A stretch of DNA of 64,000 bases from Fimicolochytrium jonesii (lineage: Eukaryota): the NCBI RefSeq assembly GCF_025526975.1, contig NW_026515678.1, positions 434,001 through 498,000 on the forward strand, given 5' to 3'. Positions 37,912-50,520 of the stretch are shown here, piece by piece. The position numbers were made by a program, and so were the translations under genes. How positions within the stretch are numbered: position 1 is the first letter of the stretch; the number at the start of each line of letters is the position of its first letter. A model generated the notes under the pieces. It saw only the letters and a list, made by a program, of their open reading frames with translations. It was not told the DNA's origin and made no database searches.

Positions 37912-39961
37912 TCAGAGCTTTTCAAGCTTGTCTTTTTTGATGAGCGGGTTTTCCTTCGCGAGCGCGATTCGGCCAGCGCCGCGGTAATCGTAGGTGCACC
38001 CGTGGCGGTCTGAGTACCGATGTACGGAGCAGAATACCTTACGAATCAATATTGGAATGTCAGTCAAACACGACATAGTCTCACATCATGCAGAAAGGCA
38101 TCGTGAAGCATCTTACCTGTGTGCACCGACATTTAAAAGAAGTAGCCGGCCCAATCTTCTTCTTACACAGCGCACACCGTCGCGCAACAACAACCGATGA
38201 AATCGGCGTCCGCGGCGGCATCTGCCTGCTCTCCCGCTTCGACCGCGGCCTATTGATATTCGCCTGACTACCCTGTTGTTTCTCACCAGCACCCCCCGAT
38301 GTCGCCCCATCGCCGCTCTGCCTCCGCACAGCGGTGGTGTTGACGATCCGCGAAACGCGGCCCGATACGGCGGTGGAGATGAACTCGTCCACGTGCTCGC
38401 ATGTCGGGGGTGGGGCGGTAGGAGATATTGTGTGGGTGCTCCCACCGCCCAGTTTATGCGATCTGGTCGTCAACGGTCTCGCGCTTCTGGCTCTCTGTTG
38501 TTTCGCGCGCGCAACGACAGGCGACGCCGGTTTACCACCATGATTCTTTCTCTGCGACCCACCCGGCGGCGTCGACGGCGGCGTATCGTCCATCACGCTC
38601 CTCCGTTTCGCCAACTGGATTGCCGACGCCGGGCGTGCTTTGGGGATCACGATCATCGGCCCGCCTCCACCGGGTATGCGCATCACCGAGATGGCTGTGG
38701 CAGGTCGAACCCGTCGACGAGCGGTCTTGGGCACGACGCCAAAGATGCGTGATCGGCTGCCGACCGTGCTGTTGGACCCGAACATCCCGCCGAAGAGTTC
38801 CCCCATGGCTGATTCACCGGATGACGGACGGGAGGTCGAGTCGGAGAGGGGTGAGATGGGCCGGCCGCCGACCGTGTATGCCGACGAACACATCGATTTG
38901 AATGTAGAGGTTGTCGACCCCGTGTCCCCCGAATCCGGCCGGTCGACACTCTCATCCTCCCTCACACTTTCCGGGGCCGTCCTCACCATCCCCCTCATGG
39001 ATACATAATCCCCATCCGTATTTTGCAAGGACCGCATGATCAACGACGATGCGTCGCCCGAGAGGTCGTGGAAGATTTCTAGCCCGGCGAGTTCGGCGAG
39101 TTGGAGGAGGCGTTTGCGGTTGGGTTGTTTGTTGTCCTTCGTTGATTCAGCCATGTGGAACTCGAGCATGTACATGTCGTCGTCTTCTTTGCAGAGGAGG
39201 AGGACTACCGGGTCGTCTTCTTTTTCAGCGGATTTTACTTTTAAGGGCGGGCCGGATCCTGAAATTCAGAGATATTAGAAACTTCAATCACTTGAAAGAT
39301 GTTTTGTAGTTCCCAACCAATGTGAAACAGCCAAGAGGACTCGGCAAATCACCATACCACTAGACATATGCAAAACCAGCCTCAAACTCGACCCATCCTG
39401 TATTCCAAACGCCGCAATCGGGCTCGCATCATCCGCCAACGCCTTATCCCCCCACAACAAAATCTGGCTCTGCATCGGGATCCCCTCACACTCCTGAATC
39501 CGCCGCTTCACATCCCCAACATCGTCCGCATTGTGCACTTGCAGCGAGAACCGCCCCGTCAGTGTGCCGATATTTAGCGTGAGGAAGTCGGGGTGTCGGC
39601 CGTATTGGCCCCGGGAGCGGCTGGTGCGCGTAAGGGAGGTGGGGGTGGGTTCACGGGAGGAGGCGGCGGAGGAGATTGTGGTGGTTGTGGAGGACGATTC
39701 GGGGCGGCTGTTGTCTTGCCGCTGCTGTTGGGTGTCTTTGGGAGCCTGCGGGAAATGGTCCACCACGATGGCCGGCGGTGCTTCCGCAACCACCAGACTG
39801 CGCCCGTCTTTTGTCCGCAGCGAGGCTTTGGAGGTCGTTGTTGTTAGCCGCCTTGCAGACCGGAGCCCTTTTGTTGGCGAGGCACTGGCAGGGGACCGTC
39901 TAGGCAGCGGCAGTTTGGCGTTGGAGCCGGACTCGGAGTCTGATATGCCGGCGCTCTTCAT
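37912..39961 (-). CDS. ZFAND4: Ubiquitin-like + AN1 zinc-finger protein
   Basis: UBL 'TLTG..SLQV...DVKRRIQECEGIP..SQ.L..GIQDGSSLRLVL' and C-terminal AN1 'CALCKKKIG..FKCRC..FC..HRYSDRHGCTYDY'. Start uncertain. Confidence 0.82.
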
Positions 39962-40658
39962 TTTTTGAGGAGGGGCACGGTGATAGGACTGTGTAGCGGT
40001 GGTGATTTGGACTCTGGAGTGCGACACCTTCTCTCATGAAAATGCACTCGTGTGCCCTCCAGTCCGCCGTTGCTGCTTTGCTAGGCACGGAAAAAGTAAA
40101 GCACGGCATATGACGATTGACAGAAAATAAGCTCTGGGATCAACATGTGAGCGCCAATACGGATTGTACGAGGAGCGGAGGCCAGAAATCGCGCTGTCAG
40201 ATTCCTCGATTGACGGGTACGGTACCTTCAAGCTTTAGTCGCAGCTTCTTTGACCAACGCACATCCAAGACTGCCCACGACAGAGCCAAAGAGAGAGAGA
40301 GGAAACCGCAGGGATGTGGACTCCTTCAGAGGAGGTGGTCCCCATCGTCTTCTTGAGCAATCGAAGAAAGCATGTATAGATGCTCGAAACCTGAATAGGG
40401 AAATCAGAGAAACAGAACTGGTATTTCGGTTACACTAAGGCAAGTGTAAGATCGTCTTCGCTCTCTCCTTTGATTCCTATCGCCATGGTGTGACACTACA
40501 TGTATCGATATCCATCGGTAGCCAAACGCCGAGGTCTTCTAGCACTTTAGCGCGTCGAATTGCACAACACAGTGGAGGAACATGGGCAGGTTTGGGGGAA
40601 AAAGGAAGTACAGACAAAATCAGGTGTATTGAGATATGTGACAAATTGATCAGAAAGA

Positions 40659-41813
40659 TTACTTGGCAGCGGGGGTAGCGGTAGCGCCAGTGCGGATGGC
40701 TTCCTTCTTGGCGTCCAAGCGGGTTTGACGACGGAGACGGGCCTCCTTCGCCTTGACACGGTGAGCTTGTGCCTGGTCCCTGAAAGAAAAAGCAAACTCA
40801 GAGTCAGCATGTCGGAACGGTCATATGTCGTAACAGTAAGAGAAGCAGGACGCAGATACATACTCGAGAAGCTTCACACGGGTCTTCTCGGCCTTGGCCT
40901 TGTGAATGTACTCCATCAACACACGCTTGTTCTTAAAGACGTTACCCTTGGACTTCATGTAGAGCTCGTGGTACAAGTGCCTGTCAATCTTTCCAGCTTC
41001 CCGGTACTTGCGGAGTAAACCTGTACAATGCGAAAACCGGGCCATGTCATTTTCGGTCATATTCCGCCGGGTGGTGGTGAATCGCTGCTACTTACGACGC
41101 AAGACACGCATGCGGCGCATCCAGAGGACGGTGGTGGGCATACGGGCCTCTGAAAAAAACATTGCATGTGAGCTCGAGCTCTTCAGGTGACTTTCAGGTG
41201 GCTCTCAAATTTCAGATTCAATACATACCAGCGGTACCCTTCCTCTTTCCGGGACCTATTCATCGACAAAGAGCGCACATCCCAAGTGAATTCGGTTAGG
41301 TCTCCCTCCAGGACAATCAGCCAACTGGAATCACAATTCCACATACCAGTGTGACGACCCAGACGCTTGGCGGCAGCCCTCTCACGGACACGGTACCGGG
41401 AGTGAGCGGCAACGGGCTTCCTGATGATCAAACCATCCTTGGCCAACTTGCGGATGTTTTGGCCTGAAGATCAAAGGTTCGACATGTTACTGTGGATTGT
41501 CCTCCATGAAAATCATTCCACCCTTCCCCAATTCTCCCGCGGTCTCCAATTCGTTTGTCGACCCCGCCCCTCCAGATGCGAACTGTCTCTACTCACGGGA
41601 GTTGGCGTTGGAGATTTCGTTGACCTCGTTAGGGTCAAGCCAGATCTTACGCTGACCGCACTTAAGGACGGCAGCGGCGAGGCGCTTCTGGGTGCGAAGG
41701 TTGGCCCTACAAGTTGAAAATGAAGTGAGAATTCCCGCTCAACAGCGTAACCCCAGCCACCAGCTGATGTGTGTTCCGTCCGGGCAGCGATTGCCCCTGC
41801 TGTGTACGTACAT
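40659..41813 (-). CDS. RPL19: 60S ribosomal protein L19 (eL19), multi-exon
   Basis: [64 protein letters not shown]. Start codon appears split AT|G by the first intron. Confidence 0.96.
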
Positions 41814-41973
41814 TTTGACGTTCCCAGGATAAGTTTCCGCTCCGAAAATGGGTCTCGGAGAAAGGAAGTTTGCTGTAAAGCACAGAAGCGGTGGCCAAGC
41901 TTCGAGTCACGCACCCATCATCGCTCCCCCTTTGCGAATCGCCGTAAGAAAAACGGTGGATTACGAGAGATCA

Positions 41974-42190
41974 GTCACGTGATGCAACACGCTGATCCCA
42001 CATCCCAATCTGGGCTAACCCGGGCTTTGGGGCAGCCGGAACCAATTCCCTGGATCGAGCGAAGGGATGCAGCAACGGAAAATACTATTGAAACAGCGCT
42101 CACTGCGTGTCATGGGATTTAGGGTTGGGGATTAGGGTTATCACCGGGTTAGGGTTGTGAGGCTGGGGATTAGGGTTGGTAACCCTAACC
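41974..42190. promoter_or_regulatory. E-box (GTCACGTGA) plus clustered TTAGGG motifs upstream of RPL19
   Basis: GTCACGTGA at 41974-41982; TTAGGGTT at ~42119, 42132, 42149; inverted TTAGGGTTggtAACCCTAA at 42170-42188. Confidence 0.45.
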
Positions 42191-42302
42191 GGGCTCGTCA
42201 CTTTCCTTGCTCTTTTTTCCTCCCGGACGAACTTTGCCAATTCCATCCCTTCAGCGAGCGACCCATAACCACCCGCTCATACTGAAAGTTCGAAATCACA
42301 CA

Positions 42303-43082
42303 ATGATAACCCGGGAAGCAGCCCTCTCCCTACCCTGGGTCCCCACCGCCGCCGAAACCGCGCTCACGACCCCCTCCGAATTCACCTTCGGCGTCGAAAT
42401 CGAAGTCTTCTCGCCCTACCCCCGCGACGAACTTGCCGACCTCCTCACCAAGAAACAATCCATCGACGCCCGCGTCGTCTGGTTCACCCACGACGTCACG
42501 CCCTACTGGAAACTGCTGCGTGACGGAACCCTCGTTGACGAGTGTCCTAAAAACCATTATGGGATTGAGCTGGTCTCCCCCGTGTTGAGTGGCGAGAAGG
42601 GGATTGAGGAGACCAAGAAGGTCATTAAGGAGTTAAAGGTTGCGCCGGTTATTACGGATGATCGGACTGGGTTGCATGTGCATGTGGGGAGGCCACGGGA
42701 GGGGTGGACGTTGCCTGAACTCAAGAAGTTGGCAAAGGCGTTCATCCTACAGGAGGAGACGTTTGACGGGCTGGTGTCAGAGAGCAGACGAGGTGATACG
42801 AACCCGCAACTACGCTCCAACGCCGCGTTATGGGGCGACCGGGACCTCGTCGAGATTGACGCCGCGACCGACATCCACACCCTCATCAATCTGGTCAATT
42901 CTAATGGACACGGGGACTCTTGCCGGTACTTCAAGTTGAATTTCGAGGCGGTGAAGATGTACGGGACGGTTGAGTTTAGGCAGCAGACGGCGACGGTGGA
43001 TAGCGCCGCTACGATTGCGTGGATCGACGCTGTGCTGCATTTTTGCAGGTGGACTTTGCAGAATGACTTTGTAGATAGGTAG
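42303..43082 (+). CDS. Putative amidoligase (Amidoligase_2 / COOH-NH2 ligase), intronless
   Basis: TFGVEIE, WKL..DG, IELVSPVL, TGLHVHVG, RYFKLN, GTVEFRQ motifs. Confidence 0.85.
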   Translation: MITREAALSLPWVPTAAETALTTPSEFTFGVEIEVFSPYPRDELADLLTKKQSIDARVVWFTHDVTPYWKLLRDGTLVDECPKNHYGIELVSPVLSGEKGIEETKKVIKELKVAPVITDDRTGLHVHVGRPREGWTLPELKKLAKAFILQEETFDGLVSESRRGDTNPQLRSNAALWGDRDLVEIDAATDIHTLINLVNSNGHGDSCRYFKLNFEAVKMYGTVEFRQQTATVDSAATIAWIDAVLHFCRWTLQNDFVDR

Positions 43083-43222
43083 ATAGAGATGGAGGGATCA
43101 GACTTCTTTTTTTTTTTGAGAATGGCGTCCATTTTGTGTTGAGAGCTTTCTCACGGACTGTAACTTGTTTATATATGTTGGCCGTCTTCTGTATCTATGT
43201 GCCATTATCAAATAGCTCGCCT

Positions 43223-45635
43223 CTAGCGGGATTCCATTTCCGCTAGAGTCTTTTGGAACAGATGCCATTCATCGGGCCGTGGTTGAGCGATCTGCAATCA
43301 GAACAGACAAATGGTATTAGAGCTCAAATTGAGGGATTGGGTCCCCACGACCCAATCGAATCTTACCTCTCCCAGATCATAAACATGGATCTGCCCATCA
43401 GCAGACCCAATCGCCGTCCGCTGTCCCTCCTTATCCCACGCAAGTTTGTTCAGGCCGCCACCGCTGCCCACGGGTATACGCACTATCGGTACCTGCAACA
43501 CAAACGCAACGGTTTCTTGATCAGCACAATGAACTCTCCAACGTGGGCATGCTCTCACCGTACTCACCTCAACATCCTGGTTAAGATTGTAAATATCGAA
43601 CTTCCCAGCCCCATCGACGCATCCAAACAACGATGGATGAGTGGGCGACCACTTGACATCGTACACATAGTCATCCGCCTCTTCGAACGAGTTTAACGGC
43701 GCCACGACTTGTGGTGTTGCCGATGTTTTCGAAACGGACTGTTTCCCACATGCAGCGTCAATAAACTGCCCACCGGTCTCATATACAAGATACCCCGACC
43801 CTACCTTAGCCCGCCAAAGCTTAACAGTCCAATCCACACTACTCGTCAAAAACAGATCCGAGAAATCCGCCGGCCCCGACATGGGATGGAAATCGATCCC
43901 CGTCACGGGTCCAAAATGCCCCTTAAACACGTCGTTGGCGTTGATCCCCGCTTTGCTGCCCGCGCGGTCGTACCGGTTGGCTTGGTACACCATGCCTTCC
44001 TCGGTGCCGACCCAGAAAGTGGTGGTTTCGCCGGGAGGGAAGGACATGGTTGTTATGGAGACGCCGTCGGCGCGGGCGGAGGAGGGGTAGATTAGGTCGA
44101 GTGCTTCCTGGAGTGTGGTCATACGTGTCAGATTTTGTTAAGAAGTGTGACGGCGGAATGGAAGGTTCCACCCACCTGAGGTCGAGCAAGCATATCCAAC
44201 TGCCAAGAGCAAACCAACCCATCCGTCGATGCCGTCAACAAATTATGCGCATTCTGCGTTCCAATGATATTCATCGAATACACCGGATGCGTATGCCCCA
44301 CCGCCGACAACGGCGATTTCAGCACCGGCAGGCTCTTGGCGCGCATATCCCACACTAAGATCTGCCCCGAGTACGCGCCGCCCACCACCAAGTTCGGGTG
44401 GAAATCTGAAAACGTCGCCACCGTCACGTCCGACTGGGATTGGAAGACGTATTCGGGCTGTTCGCGGAGATGCAGGTTCCAGATGAGCACCACCCCGTCG
44501 GCTTCGGTTACAGAGCCTTGGTTCTTGCCGTAGGCGCCTAGGAAGAGCTCTGGGTGCTTTTGGGACCATCGCGTGTCCATTACAGCGCGATTCCGTGTCC
44601 ATCGCTCGTCTGCGTACGACCAGTGGAGCTTGATACCCTTTCCGTCTCCTGTTAGGTGCACCTCATCTGCTACGGTGTAGTCTTTGAGGAAATCGTACGA
44701 TGGTTGATTTAATGCGCGTTCGAGGACTCGCGCGGAATGGTCGAAGAAAGTCAGGAAAGGCTCTGAGGATAGGATCTCCTTCCGCTCTTCCTCGCTCAGC
44801 TCTCTCGGCGGCTGTACTGGCTTTATCTTTTCTTCAGAGTCGCTCAGGGACCCGTTTGTCGTTGGAGACGTTTCTTCTGGCAGCTGCCGTGGTTTGGTGG
44901 GTTGCGTGGGCGACGTGCTTTTCTCCTCCGGTTTCCAGTCTGTATTCACAAAGTCGGTCTGTATCTCTTTCGTGTACATGACTTTCTCCTAAGAAGTCGG
45001 CTGGAGTCAGTCCCACATCTCTCGCTTCTGCAGCTAATGACAATCGTGCACCTTTGGCGGACAATCGAAAAATACAAAATCCACAGACGAAAGGTTGGGC
45101 TGCGGTCTGCAAATGACGGTGAGCAGAATGCACTAACTCACATCGTAACACCCCGCCCCCATCACTTACGGCGCCTCCACAACATTTTCCCCCCCCGTCG
45201 CCCCAACCACACTCCCGGGACTCCTAATCTCACTCAAACTCGGCAACGGCGACGGGCTCATACTCCGGAAAGCATCGGACCCATCATCCGCAACCGATGA
45301 CCGTTCCCCGACCAGCGAGGCAACCAAGCTATCTACATCGCGTCTGCTTGTTGTTCGCGATAGGGTATCTGTAACCTCGAAATCAGAAAAGACGGAGTAA
45401 GGCCAACTTGGAGGCGTGGGGAGTGGGAGGGACTTTCAAGATGTACCTACAGGATCCCGCCGCTGGGCATCGAGGGCTATTTTACGGGCTTCTTTTGCTT
45501 TGCGGATTTCGGCGAGCTTGGCTCGTTTCTTTTCCAGCTCTGGTTGAGTTCAAAGGTGTAGTGGGTTAGGGAGGTTTCAAAGGACGCAGATCACAAGATG
45601 ATAGTACCATCTTTTCTCCGGTCTGAGGGCAGCAT
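43223..45635 (-). CDS. DYNC1I: Cytoplasmic dynein 1 intermediate chain (WD40), multi-exon
   Basis: ELEKKRAKLAEIR, YTKEIQT, GHTHPVY, AHNLLTASTDG, LFLTSSVDWTVKLW, DYVYDVKWSPTHP. Confidence 0.93.
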
Positions 45636-45899
45636 AGCTCTGGGTATCAGAGACTCGGCAGCCGTCCTATCACTCTTGCTGGTCTATTGCTCTTGCTGGG
45701 TTCTGTCCGTTGTGGGAATGCAGTCGAATGCCTCGGCGGGGGTAGGAAGTCTGAGAAGTCTCAGCAACTGCAGAGATGTCCGAGAGAGCGCGTATGCCAT
45801 CTCGGTGAAAGTGTGGCTTTCAACCCTGCTTTCAACCCTTTCAACCCTCAACCGGAACGTTACCGACATTCCTTTGCCTTGCAAACTCACTTGAGCGAC

Positions 45900-47205
45900 A
45901 TGAACTGGCAAGGTGCAAACGCTTTCTCAAGGGCAGCAGCAGCAGGTATATATATGGCGTCCAACCCGGTCTATGTTTGCAAGTCACTTGCTCACCACAT
46001 CCACCCACAGGCGCCCGAAGATCACCGCCCAAGATATTATCCACCCGCCCCTACTCAACAACCGGGTTCTCAGCAGGAGCACCGTCGAGACGAACGTCAG
46101 CATTAGGAGGGTGGCTTTGGGCAGTGCCAGTCACTACGTTCTGTCTGGGCTGCTGGCAGGTCCAGAGACTGCAGTGGAAGCTGGACCTTATGAAACGTGC
46201 GGAGGATAAGCTGCATTTGCCGGCTGTGGACTTGCCGAAGGATGAGCGGTACATATTCGAAGACCTCTGAATATTTGTATCAGAGAGCGTAAGGAACTTC
46301 GCTGATACAGCCCAATTTCTCCGAACAGGCCAGTCTTCGACCGCGCCGAAGAGTTCCGCCGCGTCAAAGTCTCCGGCACCTTCCACCACGACAAAGAGAT
46401 GCTGCTGGGCCCGCGGACGCGAAAAGACCAGCAAAACCAGGGCGGCGGGATCGTTAGTTCGGGCGCGTCGGCGGGGTACTATGTCATTACGCCGTTTGAG
46501 CGGGCGGGCACGGGGGAGAAGATATTGGTGAATCGGGGGTGGATACCGAGGGATCAGAAGGAGAAGAGTAAACGAAGGGCGGGGCTGGTTACGGGGGTTG
46601 TGACGATTGAGGGGTTGTTGAGGGCGCCGGAGAAGGTGGGACTGTGCTGTTTCGTTGGCGGATTGTTATCTTGACGGGGGGCTAATATTCGACATTGTGG
46701 GTAGGGCGGCATGTTCATCCCGGACAACAAGCCAGGTGAGCGGCCTCATTGACCATCAAACCATATGCTGCATCATGTTTGCTTACTGCTGCACACTCTC
46801 AGAAAAGAATGAATGGTACTGGCTGGACATGGACACAATGACAAAGCACACGGGAGCCCTGCCCGTGGTCATCGAGATGGTATCAGGTACGGAACCATAC
46901 CTCCCAATCCTGCACCAACTCGGCAATACGGCAGTATTCACCTTCCTCCGTTATAGATTCCGCAATAAACGCCAAATTCGACAAAGAAGGCTTCCCACTA
47001 TCCCGTACCGCTTTTCTGAATTTCAAGAATGATCACCTCCAGTACGCTATCACATGGTAAGCACGACTCAATTTTCGTCAGCACAACGTTCGTGGCCCGC
47101 CCTAACGCTCTTTTGTTGATTTTTAGGTACGGTCTTTGCATAGCGTCTACGGCGATGATTATTGGGAGTCGGAGAGCTGCGGCAAGGAATTGGAGTCGGC
47201 GTTGA
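45900..47205 (+). CDS. SHY1: SURF1/Shy1 cytochrome c oxidase assembly factor, multi-exon
   Basis: PVTTFCLGCWQVQRLQWK, EFRRVKVSG.F.H, GYYVITPF, ILVNRGWIP, NDHLQYAITWYGL. Confidence 0.92.
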
Positions 47206-47917
47206 GAACGGTGGGCGAGCGTGTGAGGCGTGTAATTAAGGGATGCCCGTAATGGCGTAATATGAACGTGAGCATCGTCAAAAGCTACCCCAGCCCAGTT
47301 GGACCCGGGCCGAGGATCAAATGTGTCAACGAGGTTTTCAATTCTAACCGACGCTATGACGAGCGCTGGCCCATTTGAGACTCCTGTAGACCAGTTGCAT
47401 CCAATAACCTCAGAGCATTAATCTGGTTTGAGTGCCTTCAAACACTTCATTGATTTGAGAATTTCGATATAGAGTACACAAATATCTAAAAGCGAGCTAG
47501 GGAGAAGGGGAAGCCTGGACGCCACCACGCGCCATATTTTGCGCAAACGCACGAGGGCCGCCGCGAACCAATGCCTCCGCAGCGTGTGCCCAATAGGCGC
47601 TCCCATCGGCAAAAGTCGTCCGCCAGCGGATTTGCGGAGAATGAGTCGTGGTTGGGTCCCTGCAGCGTGCGATTTGCCCGACTTTCTAATCGAGCCGATA
47701 AGCTACCTGCGTTCAGGGCGTGTACCGCAGAATATCGGGCTTTCGGGTTTCGGTGCTACTGCAAACGTTCGAGGTTGAAAGCTTTTGCGAATCGACTAGC
47801 AGCAGAGAGCCGGTAAGCAGAGCGCATGTCTTCGGGGTTTATAAAATAAATTATTGGTATTTGGAGCCGACAGCAGAAAAGGGAAATGATCGTGTGTGTG
47901 TCCGTTTTCCAGTTTCA

Positions 47918-48772
47918 CTACTGTTGATTGTGTTGTGGATGCTGTTGCTGATGATTGTTTTGCTGACGTGGATTTTGCGCCTGGGGCGGCTGCTGCTGCT
48001 GTTGCTCATCTTCATCTTCGCTGTTACCCCGCCTTAGTCTACCCTGCTCCATCAACTCGTCTTGTTTACGCTGTTCGTTGGCAATCTGATGTATTCTGAA
48101 CCCAAAGATTTTCGGGACGTATCGTTTCGTGGGTTTTGGTGGGATGAAGGTCGGGTAGGCAAGGAGGAGGTGATGGGGAAAAGTCGTGCCAAAGTGGGCG
48201 CCGTCGATAGCCAGGTGGCGCCGCGAGACTGGGTTGTACACGTCTTCGCATTTCGGGCAGTACAGCTTGACGCACTTGATACCCGGCACGTCCGACAACC
48301 CCACGGGAAGGACCGGCTGGTTATCGCACAGCACACGGGGACATCTCCCGAATTCGTTGTTTCGGAATTTCTCCAGCATCTTCACCAGCCCCCGCGCGGT
48401 GAGAATGAACCGGGCGTGGATCAGCCCGTACAAGTGCCGAGCTGACTTTTCGACCTCCACCCGAATCGGCTCGTCTATGTCTTCCTCCAGGGCGTCGGTG
48501 ATCAGGTCGAATGCCATGGCGTAATGCTGCACTTCGGTGTTCAATCCCGTCAAGTTGAACCGATCGAGAATGTACTCTTCATCCACGTCGCAGTAGAACT
48601 CGTTCCCCTTCAACGAATGGAACCACTCCGCCCAGTACCCGGCCGACTCGACGGATCCGGAGGACTCCCCAGACTGTATTTCTTCCTGCTTTGAAGATTT
48701 TCAAGGTCAGAATACCGTGCGAAACTAAGTGCGGTCTCGTAATCCACCATGAAACACTAAGCTTACCTCCAT
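47918..48772 (-). CDS. CKB2: Casein kinase II regulatory subunit beta, polyQ tail
   Basis: GNEFYCDVDEEYILDRFNLTGL, LYGLIHARFI, FGRCPRVLC, VKLYCPKCEDVY, IDGAHFGTTF, YVPKIFGF. Confidence 0.93.
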
Positions 48773-49361
48773 AATAGCGATTACCCAGTTTCGTTTCAAT
48801 TTTAGTGCGGACAGACACACGCAGACGTGTAAGAGGTCTTTAGCACCGAACTATATGGCGAGAAGATGACCGATCCACCTGCGTGGACTTGAGTTCGAAG
48901 CGGCTACAATGACGGCGAAGTGTAGGACTCAGCGGTACGGGATCCAGCCGACGGCGATCAGAGGGGGTTATGGCAGCCACGGGATATGTCAAATTCACAG
49001 GTCGTGCAGCGAGAGTACAAAAAAGTGGAGTTTTGGGTTGCGTCGCTCAGGTCCTCCTTCTTGTTGCGGATCTTGGATTGCGACAGTGGGCGTGTTCTCA
49101 TGCGTGCACAGCCACGCAAAGCCACTCCAGCGCGTTTTCTCGTCAGCAAATGCGACCAACTCCGATGCAACTGACTCCTGAGAGCAACAGAGCTGTGTAG
49201 CCATAGGCTGTCAACATCTCTTCAAAAGGTATAACACTGTGCATACCACAAGTATGTGCACGCGGGGGGGGGGGGGGATCAAATGCACACTCTGCCTACA
49301 GTACAGTACATCTTTCGAGTATTTAGGGTCCTTACCAATTTGCTGCCGATCCACTCCCATG

Positions 49362-49640
49362 TAGGGGGTCGTCCTGCGCGGGATGGGACGGGATTTGCTG
49401 GTCCCGCGTCTCGTCCCGCAGGATATCCCGTCCCGCTCACAGCACACCCATACGCGCGTCTACTGCCCATAGGGTTAGGGTTAGGGCGGCTTGCTGCTTC
49501 CACCATGTCGAAATGGTGTCGAAGTCATGCGGGATTCCTTAGGGTTAGGGTTAGGGTTAGGGTTAGGGTTTAGGGTTGCATGACGGGTGCAGGACAGGAC
49601 GGGACGGGAGCGGGATATCCCACTGCGGGACGACCCCCTA
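49362..49640. mobile_element. hAT-type MITE (279 bp) containing TTAGGG arrays
   Basis: 13-bp perfect TIR TAGGGGGTCGTCC / GGACGACCCCCTA; perfect 8-bp TSD CTCCCATG (49354-49361, 49641-49648); internal GGGAC/GTCCC motifs and (TTAGGG)n at ~49469-49486 and ~49539-49577. Confidence 0.9.
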
Positions 49641-49688
49641 CTCCCATGAGCCCATGATTAGTGCTACAAAGCAATCTGCACCCTGCGG

Positions 49689-50520
49689 TCAGATGGAAAC
49701 AATATGGTCAGGAAGAGATATACACAAGCATAATGCAGCCCAATCTTGCATCCCTTGACCTGACCTTACACCCAAATGTTCATCTCCGTCTACGGATCCC
49801 CTGAGCAACGGCCAGAAAGATTGAGGGCGCATCAACTTATTGAACTTCTCCCGGTCGATCACTGGGGATTTGGAGGAATTTAAGCCGAGTTTATGGTAGA
49901 TAAGCTCTTCCAAAACGCTGTCGGCCTTGCTCCAGACACAAGTGGCGTGAGGTCGTGTAGCACTGCTTCTGTAGTGCACCGCATTGCCAATCCGATCCAT
50001 ATGAGCTAAGAAATGTCCCAAATCATATACGTGTGTTCTGCGCCCGATCGTTGTGTGCACCGTCGGCACGGAGGGCGCCCGTCCGGATTCCCAGAGCGAG
50101 TTCAAGAACTCAGCAATGCAAGCGTGCCGCAAAATTCCTTTCGGGTGCAGTGGGCGTTGAACGAGGAAACGATCATCCACACTGAGATTGGCGAGGTTTG
50201 GCCTGCATGCCTGTATGAGGAGCATCGCAATTTGTTCGCTGCGGTGACGCACGTGTGAGGGGATCATACGAAACGCCGTATATGTGGCAAGGAGCGTGGT
50301 GTTCTGCTGAGATTCCAAACGCCAACCTCAGCACCGGTTGTCCTGAAATTGTAGAATCAAACTGGAAGACTGACACCTGCAGTGTCAGCGTGAATTGTCT
50401 CATCCAACTGGCCTCCATGTTACTACTCTTATATCGCCCGATAAGCAATTGCAATGCCGAGCGAGAAATGTCTTCTACGCGCTGATACGGGGAAAACCCG
50501 GTCTCCCACCTTTGTACCAT
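49689..50520 (-). CDS. Hypothetical protein, probably multi-exon
   Basis: 209-aa ORF 49689-50318 plus upstream ORF 50173-50769 with plausible splice sites; no recognisable motif. Confidence 0.3.

Noticed and set aside
47220..47830. Possible structured ncRNA in the SURF1-CK2 beta intergenic region
   Set aside because: No recognisable family motif or convincing fold by eye; would need an Infernal/Rfam scan.
49539..49577. Chromosome end or telomere fusion
   Set aside because: The repeats are short, one orientation, and enclosed by MITE TIRs with a TSD.
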